Source: an uncultured Gammaproteobacteria bacterium
Lineage (GTDB): Bacteria > Pseudomonadota > Gammaproteobacteria > Steroidobacterales > Rariloculaceae
Reading direction: 5' to 3'
Assembly (NCBI GenBank): GCA_964465375.1
Contig: CAYXIJ010000005.1
Coordinates: 27,079-91,078 of the forward strand
Length of the DNA: 64,000 bases
The position numbers and the translations under genes are program-made. Positions 9,103 through 18,244 of the stretch are shown piece after piece (the first letter of the stretch is position 1; the number at the start of each line of letters is the position of its first letter). A model generated the notes under the pieces. That model was not told where the DNA came from. It made no database searches and was given only the letters and a program-made list of their open reading frames with translations.

Positions 9103-10470
9103 TCAGTTAGAGAATTCTCTAATAATTTGGCTTATGGTTTCTTTGCCGTCCCCAAATATCATCCGAGTGTTTTCTTTGAAAAAGAGCGGATTATCTACAC
9201 CAGCAAAACCCGATGCCATTGAACGTTTCAACACAAAGACAGTGCGAGCATAATCAACATTAATTATGGGCATGCCGTAAATAGGACTATCCTCAATCTC
9301 CCGTGCCGCAGGATTAACCACATCATTAGCACCAAGCACGATGGCCACATCAAAGGTCTCCATACGCGGGTTCACCGCATCCATCTCCAGCAGTAATTCA
9401 TAAGGAACATCAGCCTCCGCCAGAAGCACATTCATGTGACCAGGCATTCGCCCAGCAACAGGGTGGACAGCGTAGACCACCTCTGCATCATTTGCTTCCA
9501 ATAATTCCTGGAGTTCCTTTACCACGTGCTGTGCCTGAGCAACCGCCATACCGTATCCCGGCACAATGACCACGCTTGAAGCCGCCTCCAAAACATAAAA
9601 GGCATCTTCCGGTGACATTGCCTTTACTTCACCCTCGATAGCCACACCACTGCCCGTAGCTGCACCAAAGCCACTGAAAAGGACATTACCCAGAGAGCGG
9701 TTCATTGCCTTGCACATGATGTTAGTAAGGATGATGCCGCTTGCACCAACCAGGGAACCCGCAACAATTAAAATAATATTATCGATAGCAAAACCCGCTG
9801 CACATGCGGCAAGACCTGAATAGCTATTGAGTAATGAAATGACCACTGGCATATCAGCGCCACCAATGGGTATGACCACCATAACCCCGAGTAAAAATGA
9901 CAGACCAATAACGACATACAAATAGTCCGCATTGCTTGGATCCAGACAAAATAAAACCGTTGCGCCAACGATCACAACCAGCAAGAATCCGTTAACAATC
10001 CGCTGACCGGAGAAAAGCACCGGTCTACCACTAATAGTTTCGCTGAGTTTTCCCCAAGCTATTACGCTTCCCGTAAAAGTTAGCCCACCAATCAAAATCG
10101 CGAGAGCAATGGTCACAAGGGTAAAGCTGGATGCAGCAGGCGTTGGATAAAGCGCTGAACTCCCTACCAGCAGACTAGCAAGACCACCGAAACCATTGAA
10201 CAATGCCACCATTTCCGGCATGGCTGTCATTGCGACAAGACGTGCTGCTAAGGCGCCAACTATTCCTCCAACTGCAAAACCCAGTGCAATCCACTGGAAT
10301 TCGACGATGCCCTCTCCGAGCAATGTTGCAACAATGGCAATCAGCATCCCAAGAGAAGAAAATAGATTTCCACGCCGCGCCGTCGCAGGCGAGCTCAGCA
10401 TTTTTAAACCTAAGATGAAAAGTACTGCCGCAAAAACATAACTTAGATTGATGAGTGCTAAGTTGTTCAT
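9103..10470 (-). CDS. pntB: NAD(P) transhydrogenase subunit beta
   Basis: 455 aa with an N-terminal polytopic membrane domain and a C-terminal NADP(H) domain (VPGYGMAVAQAQH, GANDVVNPAA). There is a 4-nt overlap with the upstream pntAB. Confidence 0.9.
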   Translation of the reverse strand: MNNLALINLSYVFAAVLFILGLKMLSSPATARRGNLFSSLGMLIAIVATLLGEGIVEFQWIALGFAVGGIVGALAARLVAMTAMPEMVALFNGFGGLASLLVGSSALYPTPAASSFTLVTIALAILIGGLTFTGSVIAWGKLSETISGRPVLFSGQRIVNGFLLVVIVGATVLFCLDPSNADYLYVVIGLSFLLGVMVVIPIGGADMPVVISLLNSYSGLAACAAGFAIDNIILIVAGSLVGASGIILTNIMCKAMNRSLGNVLFSGFGAATGSGVAIEGEVKAMSPEDAFYVLEAASSVVIVPGYGMAVAQAQHVVKELQELLEANDAEVVYAVHPVAGRMPGHMNVLLAEADVPYELLLEMDAVNPRMETFDVAIVLGANDVVNPAAREIEDSPIYGMPIINVDYARTVFVLKRSMASGFAGVDNPLFFKENTRMIFGDGKETISQIIREFSN

Positions 10471-10760
10471 TTTTCGTTCGCGCTTTCTTTCTTCTTAAAC
10501 ATTCCGAGCATTCGATCAGTAACTAAGTAACCCCCAACTACGTTGATTGCAGCAAAAATGACTGCGCCGGTGCCCAAGATTGTGGCTATTAAATCCGATC
10601 CGGCACCCGCTGACGTCACTGCGCCTACCAGTGTGATACCGGAAATTGCATTGGATCCCGACATCAAAGGGGTATGCAATGTCGCTGGTACTTTGCTGAT
10701 CAGCTCGAATCCTAACAGGATGGCTAACATCAAAATAAAGGTAAAATAAACGGGTTCCAA
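10467..10760 (-). CDS. pntAB: NAD(P) transhydrogenase subunit alpha part 2 (membrane part)
   Basis: 97 aa with three TM helices. It sits between pntAA and pntB, the split-alpha arrangement seen in Pseudomonas and alphaproteobacteria. Confidence 0.85.
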   Translation of the reverse strand: MEPVYFTFILMLAILLGFELISKVPATLHTPLMSGSNAISGITLVGAVTSAGAGSDLIATILGTGAVIFAAINVVGGYLVTDRMLGMFKKKESANEK

Positions 10761-10770
10761 GGCTACCTCC

Positions 10771-11904
10771 TTACCGATCTAAACGTTTTATGGTTTCATT
10801 AACGATTATGCCCTGATGTGTAAGGACGCAACCTTGGAGGATATCATCCTCAAAATTAAGGACCATTGCCTTGGTTTCAGAATCCCAGAATTCATCGACC
10901 AGATTGAACAGGTTAGATGAATACATATGGCTAGCATCGTGGGCGCTTACGTTGGCCCAGTTGCCGTTACCAATGACTGTCACACCATTAATGACTACCG
11001 TTTCTCCAGGCACCGAACCTTCAACATTTCCACCGGTTTCGGCGGCCATATCAACTATCACACTCCCTGGTCGCATCTCATCGATCATATCTCGGGTAAC
11101 CAACGTCGGGGGTTTACGTCCAAAAACTTGGGCGGTGGTTATCACCACATCAGACGCGGCAATCTGTTTCTTCTGTCCCTCTTTTTGCAGCTCTAGTTGC
11201 TGATCAGTTAACTGAACAGCGTAGCCATCTTTGGTCTGCCCAGTTTCTCCTAGGTCAATTTCTAGGAATTTGGCGCCGAGCGATTGTACCTGTTCAGCTA
11301 CAACCGCCCTTGTATCAAATCCAGTCACCTTGGCACCAAGTCGCCTTGCTGTCGCAATAGCCTGCAGTCCAGCCACTCCAACTCCAATTACAAACACATT
11401 AGCGGGCTTGAGAGTCCCAGCCGGGGTCATCATCATAGGAAAAATACGGGGCAGCTTAGCTGCAGCCAAAAGCACTACAGCATACCCAGCCAAATTTGCT
11501 TGAGAACTCTGCGCATCCATCTTCTGCGAACGTGTTGTCCTTGGAATCATCTCCATACTTATTGCAGTGATTTCTTGTTTGCGAAAAGCTTCGAGAAGTT
11601 CCGGCTCGTTAAATGGGTCAAGATAACTGATGTGTATGCAGCCTTTCTTAAGCCGATCAACCTCACTGATGTCAGGTTTACGCAACCGAAGAATGACATC
11701 AGAACGTGACAATATCTCATTTCGTTCTGCTAAAACCTGGGCACCAACATCCTCATACTCCTGATCGGAAAATCCAGAATTGACGCCTGATCCTTTTTCA
11801 ACCAGCATTTCAGCGCCTGCGCGCACTAGTTTTTTTACGTTGGTTGGAGTCATCGCTACGCGATTTTCTCCGGGATGCAATTCGCTCGGGCACCCAATGT
11901 GCAT
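10771..11904 (-). CDS. pntAA: NAD(P) transhydrogenase subunit alpha part 1 (dI, NAD(H)-binding)
   Basis: 377 aa. Alanine-dehydrogenase/PNT fold with the Rossmann motif VFVIGVGVAGLQAIATARRLGA. Confidence 0.9.
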   Translation of the reverse strand: MHIGCPSELHPGENRVAMTPTNVKKLVRAGAEMLVEKGSGVNSGFSDQEYEDVGAQVLAERNEILSRSDVILRLRKPDISEVDRLKKGCIHISYLDPFNEPELLEAFRKQEITAISMEMIPRTTRSQKMDAQSSQANLAGYAVVLLAAAKLPRIFPMMMTPAGTLKPANVFVIGVGVAGLQAIATARRLGAKVTGFDTRAVVAEQVQSLGAKFLEIDLGETGQTKDGYAVQLTDQQLELQKEGQKKQIAASDVVITTAQVFGRKPPTLVTRDMIDEMRPGSVIVDMAAETGGNVEGSVPGETVVINGVTVIGNGNWANVSAHDASHMYSSNLFNLVDEFWDSETKAMVLNFEDDILQGCVLTHQGIIVNETIKRLDR

Positions 11905-11935
11905 TACGCTTCCTCTATTGGTTTTTTAGCATTCA

Positions 11936-11959
11936 CTTAGGTACGCGCGCGCGCCTAAG
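11936..11959. repeat. Hairpin/cruciform-capable element CTTAGG-TA(CG)5-CCTAAG in the pntAA/priA intergenic region
   Basis: Read directly from the sequence: 6-bp arms flank an alternating CG tract that is itself self-complementary. It lies 32 nt upstream of the pntAA start. Confidence 0.6.
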
Positions 11960-12218
11960 AAAGTTTCGTATTGACAATGGCCTGCAAATATATCGCGGGC
12001 GTATTGTAAACACCGGGAACGCGCCCTACAACCGGCAATGCAATTACATAGGACCCAAATTAAACCACCCTTGCAAGGCAGGTTATTTGGACAGTAGGCA
12101 AATCTCAGTCTATAAAGAGTTTTCCACGGACATAAATAGCCACAGGACAAGAAGAAAAGTTTCACTTCAATCTTTGTATGGCACTCTTGAGGGCAACGAA
12201 CCGAACAAACATGACTCT

Positions 12219-14228
12219 ATGAGCCCATCACAGCAACTCGTGCGGGTAGCCATACCAGTACCTCTGGCTGGCGGCTTTGATTACCACTGGCCTGGTCCAG
12301 GTATGCCTCCATCCCTGGGCTGTAGAGTTCGAGTTCCTTTTGGGAAAGATGAAAAGATAGGTATCGTTTTAGGATACCCCAAGGAAAGTCCTGTGGAGGA
12401 TAGGCAACTAAAAGCTATTCTTGAGAGTATTGACCCTGAGCCAATAATTGCTCAAGAGCTCTTTAAAAATCTTTTGTGGGCAGCCGAGTATTACCAGCAT
12501 CCAATAGGCGAAGTATTGACCCAAGCGCTACCAACGCTCCTGCGCAAAGGGCGCTCTTTAGAACTTCCGGCCAAAGCATCACCAACCCCTAAAGAACAAA
12601 CCGGGCCCATTAACAGGGGAAAAGCACCTAAGCTGACCTCAGATCAACGTTTGGTGCTTAACACTATCAAAAAACACCCCAGTGGATACGGGCCTTTTTT
12701 GCTAAAGGGAGTCACCGGAAGTGGTAAAACTGAGATCTATCTCAATCTTATTGCCGAACATTTGAGTGAAAATCGACAAACTTTACTCCTGGTTCCCGAA
12801 ATTGGTTTAACGCCGCAACTGGTAAATCGCCTTAATGAACGCTTCGGCGCTGACCTTGCTCTAATGCATTCACATCTTTCACCGAGGGAGCGCTTGAACG
12901 CCTGGCTGAAAGCAAGAAGTGGAAACGCGTTGGTTTTAGTGGGAACACGTTCTGCGGTGTTCTCCCCCCTGATTCACCCCGGCCTTATTATTATCGATGA
13001 GGAGCATGATTCCTCTTTTAAGCAACAGGACGGGTTTAAATATTCGGCTCGAGACTTCGCAGTCCTCCGTGCACAAAAACTAGGTATACCAATCATTCTT
13101 GCATCTGCCACACCGTCATTAGAGAGCTATAAAAATGCTTTGGTAGATCGATATAAATTGCTAACTATGCCCAAAAGGATTGGATCAGCGGGTGCCCCCA
13201 GCATTCGCATAATTGATCTTAACCAACACGCGACCCGTCACGGCATCTCAACGCCACTAGTAACCTCAATCGAAACACACCTAGCCAAAGGAAACCAGAT
13301 TCTTTTGTTTCTTAATCGACGGGGCTTTGCGCCCACTCTATTTTGCCCCGGATGTCACAACGCAGAATCCTGTTCTCGTTGTGATGCTCACATGCCAATT
13401 CACGCACGACAGGGCTAGCTTTTCTGCCATCACTGTGGCGCTACATTACCTATCATCTGGTCGTGCGCACTATGTAATACAGAACGTGTTGCCGTAGGAT
13501 CAGGCACCCAGCGAGTAACGGATGAACTAAGAGCGCTATTCCCGGATGCTCGAGTCGCACGATTAGATCGTGATGCAACAATTCGTAAGGGATCCCTGGA
13601 TCGGTTGCTAGCCAGTGTTCACGGAGGCGAGATTCAAATCCTCGTTGGCACCCAAATGCTAACCAAAGGGCATGATTTCCCAGGCGTTACCCTTGTCGGT
13701 ATCCTCAACGCAGATCAAGGACTCTTCGGAATAGACTTCCGTAGCTCAGAACAGCTCGCACAAACAATACTTCAAGTAGCCGGGCGAGCGGGGAGACGGG
13801 ATCGGGCTGGCGAGGTACTGATTCAAACTCACTGTCCACAACACCCATTACTCACCCAGCTCCTCCAACAAGACTATGCTTCAATAGCTGAGTGGATACT
13901 TAGAGAAAGGCGTGAGGCTGGCTGGCCTCCGTTTTCGCGGCTTGCAGTTTTTAGGGCTGAAGCAGCACAAAAACAACCCGTATTTCAATTCTTAAATAAG
14001 GTGCGAACCCAAGTAGTAAAAAGCAAAACTGATGGTATAGATATATTCGGACCTGCACCAGCAATTATGGAAAGGCGTGCGGGGCGTTACCGCGCACAAC
14101 TTCTACTCCAAAGCTCGAGCCGTCTACTTCTTCACAGTTTCCTCAGTTCCACAATTGTTCATGTAAGATCGTGGCCATCCAGCCGCCGCGTGAGGTGGGC
14201 AATTGACGTTGACCCCATAGAACTTTAA
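12219..14228 (+). pseudogene. priA: Primosomal replication protein N' (PriA helicase) interrupted by a single in-frame TAG at 13416-13418
   Basis: ORFs 11844..13418 and 13605..14228 are in the same frame, and the stretch between them (13419-13604) is also open. The likely start is the ATG at 12219 (MSPSQQLVRVAIPVPL). Motifs present: Walker A GVTGSGKTE, DEEH box IIIDEEHD, four CxxC pairs (CPGC, CSRC, TAG, CHHC, CALC), GTQMLTKGHDF and QVAGRAGR. Confidence 0.85.
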
Positions 14229-14436
14229 TCCCTATTTCGTAACCAGCATAGACATAAAGTGACTCGGCATATTAACAACTGGGCCTTTCAAGCACTGATT
14301 TGGTAGGGAATTTTCCAAAGCTTGATGCGAAAACATGACAAATGATTTTTTCATTCAGTGCCAAACGTTTATGCTACCGCAATAACCAAGTGGTAGAGTA
14401 TGCAGGGTAATACCTTACGGTAGAATCCTGCTTCAA

Positions 14437-16200
14437 ATGTGGGCAGATATGTTACGTATTCAACTGGACACACTATTGAGAGAGGCATTAGCTAGTCTTC
14501 CAATATCAGAGGGGCTCGAAAAAGTTGCTGCCCATGAGTATCAACTGGAACGTACCAAAGATTCGAGGCACGGAGATTTTTCTACTAACATAGCCCTCCG
14601 ATTGGCAAAATCCCTCAATCAAGAGCCAAGGGTTTTTGCAGAAAAGATTATTGAATCGCTAAGACCCTCATCACTGGTGGAAAAGGTTGAAATAGCTGGT
14701 CCTGGCTTTATCAATTTTACCTTGACCGCAACCGCGTACCACGAGGAGATAGTTTCAATCCTCAAAGCAGGCGAAAAATACGGCTCTTCCGATACCGGGG
14801 CTAACTGCCGCGTATTAGTTGAATATGTGTCTGCTAATCCCACAGGGCCACTCCATGTCGGCCACGGCCGACATGCAGCTTATGGCGCTTCGATTTCAAA
14901 CTTATTGCGCGCAACTGGCCACGATGTTCATGAAGAATATTACGTGAACGACGCAGGCCGACAAATGGACATTCTGACAATTAGCGTTTGGTTCCGCTAT
15001 ACAGAACTGTGTGGTCAAAGCATGCCTTTCCCAGAAAATGCTTACCAAGGTAACTATGTGAAAGAAATTGCTGGGATCCTAAATCATTCTCAAGGTAGAG
15101 ATTTCCTTCCTGACTTGAGCGATTTAAAAAAAATAATAGGCCAGCCCAACTCAGATCCAGAAAAACAATTGGATCTCATCATTAAGAATATCAAAAACCT
15201 AATTGGTCCTAAGCAGTTCAATACGGTACTCGAACTCAGTCTTAAGACTGTTTTAAAAGATATTAAAGAGGATTTGGCATCATTTGGAGTAAAACCCAAA
15301 CATTGGTATTCCGAAACTAGCCTAGTAAAAAACAAGGCCATTGAGCGTGCCCTGACGTCTCTAAGAAAGAAAAAAATAATTTACGAGAAAGATGGAGCCA
15401 TGTGGTTCCGCTCCAAAAACTATGGCGACGAGAAGGATAGAGTTGTCGTACGTGAAAACGGAACAAAAACCTATTTTGCTTCGGATATCGCCTACCACTA
15501 TGATAAGAGAAAGCGTGACTACACGCACCTCTTAGACGTGTTTGGCGCAGACCATCATGGTTACGTTGCACGAATTAGGGCGGGACTACAAGCTATGGGA
15601 GAACCCGCCGAATGTTTCGAAGCACTCCTTGTTCAGTTTGTAACCCTGTACCGCGGACAAGCTAAAGTTCAAATGTCAACTCGGTCGGGTGAATACGTTA
15701 CTCTTCGGGAACTCAGAGAAGAAGTAGGAAACGATGCTGCCCGTTTCTTCTACGTCTCTCGCTCTAATGATCAACATCTCGACTTTGATTTGGAGCTGGC
15801 GAAAACACAGTCCAATGACAACCCCGTTTATTACATACAATATGCTCACGCGCGTATAGCTAGTATGTTGCGTCAACTGAAAAAGCCGCCCATCGACTTT
15901 CGGTCTACTAAAAATTTAGTCCTTAGCCGACTAACCGAGGCATCTGAACATAGTCTTATGGTGGCTCTAAGCCGCTACCCAGAAGTTGTTCAGTTAGCAT
16001 CAGATAAAAGGGCCCCCCAACACGTAGTTCACTACCTACGAGATACCGCGGCATGCTTTCATTCCTATTATAATGCGCACCGAGTACTTGTTGATGACTC
16101 TCCTCTCCGCAAATCTAGAGTAGCCCTGATACTAGCTACCCAACAGATAATCCATAATGGACTTGCCCTACTAGGGGTGTCTGCGCCAGAAAGTATGTAA
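14437..16200 (+). CDS. argS: Arginine--tRNA ligase
   Basis: 587 aa. Motifs: EIAGPGFINF, HIGH-type PTGPLHVGHGRH, KMSKS-like QMSTRSG, and the C-terminal anticodon-binding DALR region. An alternative start exists at 14449. Confidence 0.92.
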   Translation: MWADMLRIQLDTLLREALASLPISEGLEKVAAHEYQLERTKDSRHGDFSTNIALRLAKSLNQEPRVFAEKIIESLRPSSLVEKVEIAGPGFINFTLTATAYHEEIVSILKAGEKYGSSDTGANCRVLVEYVSANPTGPLHVGHGRHAAYGASISNLLRATGHDVHEEYYVNDAGRQMDILTISVWFRYTELCGQSMPFPENAYQGNYVKEIAGILNHSQGRDFLPDLSDLKKIIGQPNSDPEKQLDLIIKNIKNLIGPKQFNTVLELSLKTVLKDIKEDLASFGVKPKHWYSETSLVKNKAIERALTSLRKKKIIYEKDGAMWFRSKNYGDEKDRVVVRENGTKTYFASDIAYHYDKRKRDYTHLLDVFGADHHGYVARIRAGLQAMGEPAECFEALLVQFVTLYRGQAKVQMSTRSGEYVTLRELREEVGNDAARFFYVSRSNDQHLDFDLELAKTQSNDNPVYYIQYAHARIASMLRQLKKPPIDFRSTKNLVLSRLTEASEHSLMVALSRYPEVVQLASDKRAPQHVVHYLRDTAACFHSYYNAHRVLVDDSPLRKSRVALILATQQIIHNGLALLGVSAPESM

Positions 16201-16238
16201 TACGAGTTGATAGTACAAATTTTTAAATCTTCCCGGAT

Positions 16239-16766
16239 ATGACCACAAACAACATAACGAATTTTAAGTGGCTGCTTTCTGGTTTAGGCCTAGGTTTAAT
16301 TTCGGCTACTACCACCTACTTTGTTGCTCAAAAGGACTCAATCGTTCCAGATACTTTAGATTCGGCTCAAGAACCAGTTACTCAAATTTTACAAACCTCA
16401 ACCCAGCCTGAAGTTGATCACCCGGCAAAGCGTTTTGATTTCTATGAAGAACTACCCCGATTCGAGGTTGTAATTCCGGAACGCAAATTTTTAGATAATT
16501 CGAGTGAAAATCCTGCCATACCAAGCGAATCCGAACATTACATAATCCAAGCTGGCGCATTCGCCGAACGCGCTGATGCACTCCGTGTTCAATCTAGCCT
16601 AGCGTTTTTAGACATCTCATCCTACATTGAGAGGGTAACAATCAAGGATGATATATTTCACAGGGTTCGAATGGGTCCAATAACTGATCTGGCAACACTG
16701 AGAGCGTTGCGACAACAACTTGAGGGTGCCGGTGTTGACGTTCTCGAGGTATCTACTAAGAAATGA
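16239..16766 (+). CDS. SPOR domain-containing protein (FtsN/DedD-like septal peptidoglycan binding)
   Basis: 175 aa with an N-terminal TM helix (LLSGLGLGLISATTTYFVA) and a C-terminal SPOR-like segment (YIIQAGAFAERADALRVQSSL...HRVRMGPI). Confidence 0.7.
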   Translation: MTTNNITNFKWLLSGLGLGLISATTTYFVAQKDSIVPDTLDSAQEPVTQILQTSTQPEVDHPAKRFDFYEELPRFEVVIPERKFLDNSSENPAIPSESEHYIIQAGAFAERADALRVQSSLAFLDISSYIERVTIKDDIFHRVRMGPITDLATLRALRQQLEGAGVDVLEVSTKK

Positions 16767-16874
16767 AAAATATCTAATAGCCTCCAAACACAGTTAATCT
16801 GTTGATTATAGACTCAGCAGGTTATTAGAATTTACAGGAACAATAGATCAATAAACCAACAAAATACTGCTGAT

Positions 16875-18224
16875 TTATTTCTTGTTTGCGGCGATGCTTC
16901 GGAAATCAATTTTAAGGGATCGTAGCTTCCGATACAGGTGTGTTCTCTCCATACCAACTCGCTTTGCGAGTTGGCCCACCTTTCCGCCAGAGAGAGTCAG
17001 CTGCTGCTGCAGATAAGCTCGCTCAAAATGTTCACGAGCTTCTCTTAAGGGCATGCTTAAAAAATCCGACTGAATAAGATCTTTATTTTCCGTTATTTGG
17101 CCCGCAAGCTCAGCCTCAACCTCTTCCAAAGTAATCTCATCGTCACCACCGAGAATCAAAAGATTGCTAACTATGCTCTTTAGTTCACGTATATTCCCAG
17201 GCCATGGATAATTGCGAAGCCTATTCTGGGCCGCAACACTAAAATGCCTGAACGGAAAATTTTTGGAATCTACCAACATTTCAACATTGTAGCGTAGCAA
17301 CTCTGGAACGTCCTCGGCATACCGACGCAGCGATGGGACACGGATTATTATGGTGCTTAATGCACTTAATAACTCTCGCAAAAAACCCGGAAGATTGTTT
17401 TCAAAATTTGAACTTACGCTCGATATTATCCGTATGTCAAAAGATCTCTTCTCACTTTTGTTGCTGAGTTTAGTCTCTATTTTCTTTAAAATATTTGAGA
17501 GAGTATTCTGTGCGTGCAGAGATATTTTTTCAATTTCATCAATGAAAAGTACTCCACCCTGAGCACTATCAATCGCACTCGTATTTTTGGTATCGCCAGA
17601 AAAAAATAAACTGCCATTTTCATTATTCAGCTCCTCAGCCGTAATCACTACAAACGGCTTGGTAGCATAGTCACCTAAACTTGCTAAATATCGTGCAATC
17701 ATCTCCCTTCCACTACCCGGCTCTCCAACTAATAGTACATGTGAATCATGCTTCGCAACTTGTGCAATCTGATCACGGAGAGTCTGTATGACTTTACTTT
17801 TTCCCACGGGTGCTAATGAAGGTGGCACTAATTTCCCTTGCTTCCCGCTATTGGCACGTGTGTGTAAAAGAGCTTTGTCTACCGTTCTAAGTAGCTTTGC
17901 GAGTGATACTGGTTTCTCTATGTAATCAGCTGCTCCAAGTCTTGTAGCTTCCACTGCTGTGTCAACCGTACCGTGACCGGACATCATGACAACCGGTGTA
18001 AGTGATCCCTTTTTTGCCCACTCTTTGAGCAAAGAAATACCATCGGTCTCCGGCATCCAGATATCTAAAAGTATCAGATCATATTCTTTTGCAAGCTTGG
18101 CATTCCTAGCCTCATCGGCATCTGAAGCAATAGTAACTTGATAGCCTTCTTCTGTAAGAATCTCTTCTAAAAGCAAACGAATATTTGATTCGTCATCAAC
18201 AACTAAGATAGAGGCGTTTTTCAC
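16875..18224 (-). CDS. NtrX-like response regulator (receiver + degenerate AAA+ + Fis-type HTH)
   Basis: 449 aa. It has a receiver domain with LILLDIWMPETDG, Walker A GEPGSGRE (Arg where Lys is expected), Walker B GVLFIDEIE, no GAFTGA loop, and the C-terminal HTH GKVGQLAKRVGMERTHLYRKL. Confidence 0.8.
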   Translation of the reverse strand: MKNASILVVDDESNIRLLLEEILTEEGYQVTIASDADEARNAKLAKEYDLILLDIWMPETDGISLLKEWAKKGSLTPVVMMSGHGTVDTAVEATRLGAADYIEKPVSLAKLLRTVDKALLHTRANSGKQGKLVPPSLAPVGKSKVIQTLRDQIAQVAKHDSHVLLVGEPGSGREMIARYLASLGDYATKPFVVITAEELNNENGSLFFSGDTKNTSAIDSAQGGVLFIDEIEKISLHAQNTLSNILKKIETKLSNKSEKRSFDIRIISSVSSNFENNLPGFLRELLSALSTIIIRVPSLRRYAEDVPELLRYNVEMLVDSKNFPFRHFSVAAQNRLRNYPWPGNIRELKSIVSNLLILGGDDEITLEEVEAELAGQITENKDLIQSDFLSMPLREAREHFERAYLQQQLTLSGGKVGQLAKRVGMERTHLYRKLRSLKIDFRSIAANKK

Positions 18225-18244
18225 ACACTTTCACTCCAATTTTT

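Noticed and set aside
11844-12218. N-terminal extensions of listed ORFs: 11844 for priA, 4322 for the thiolase, 23882 for smg, 27700 for aroE, 48898 for atpD, 63861 for mnmG, 40316 for MORN A, 30041 for gor and 22409 for rsmB.
   Set aside because: The extensions overlap neighbouring genes or promoter regions and have no homology-like sequence. In each case a conserved protein N-terminus begins at an internal start codon. They are open upstream frames, not coding sequence.
14229-14436. The priA-argS spacer as a tRNA or sRNA locus (short inverted repeats CTACCG...CGGTAG and AATGA-TTTTT-TCATT).
   Set aside because: No cloverleaf, T-loop (GGTTCGAATCC-like) or stable GC stem is present. The repeats are 5-6 bp and AT-rich. 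This is most simply the argS promoter region.
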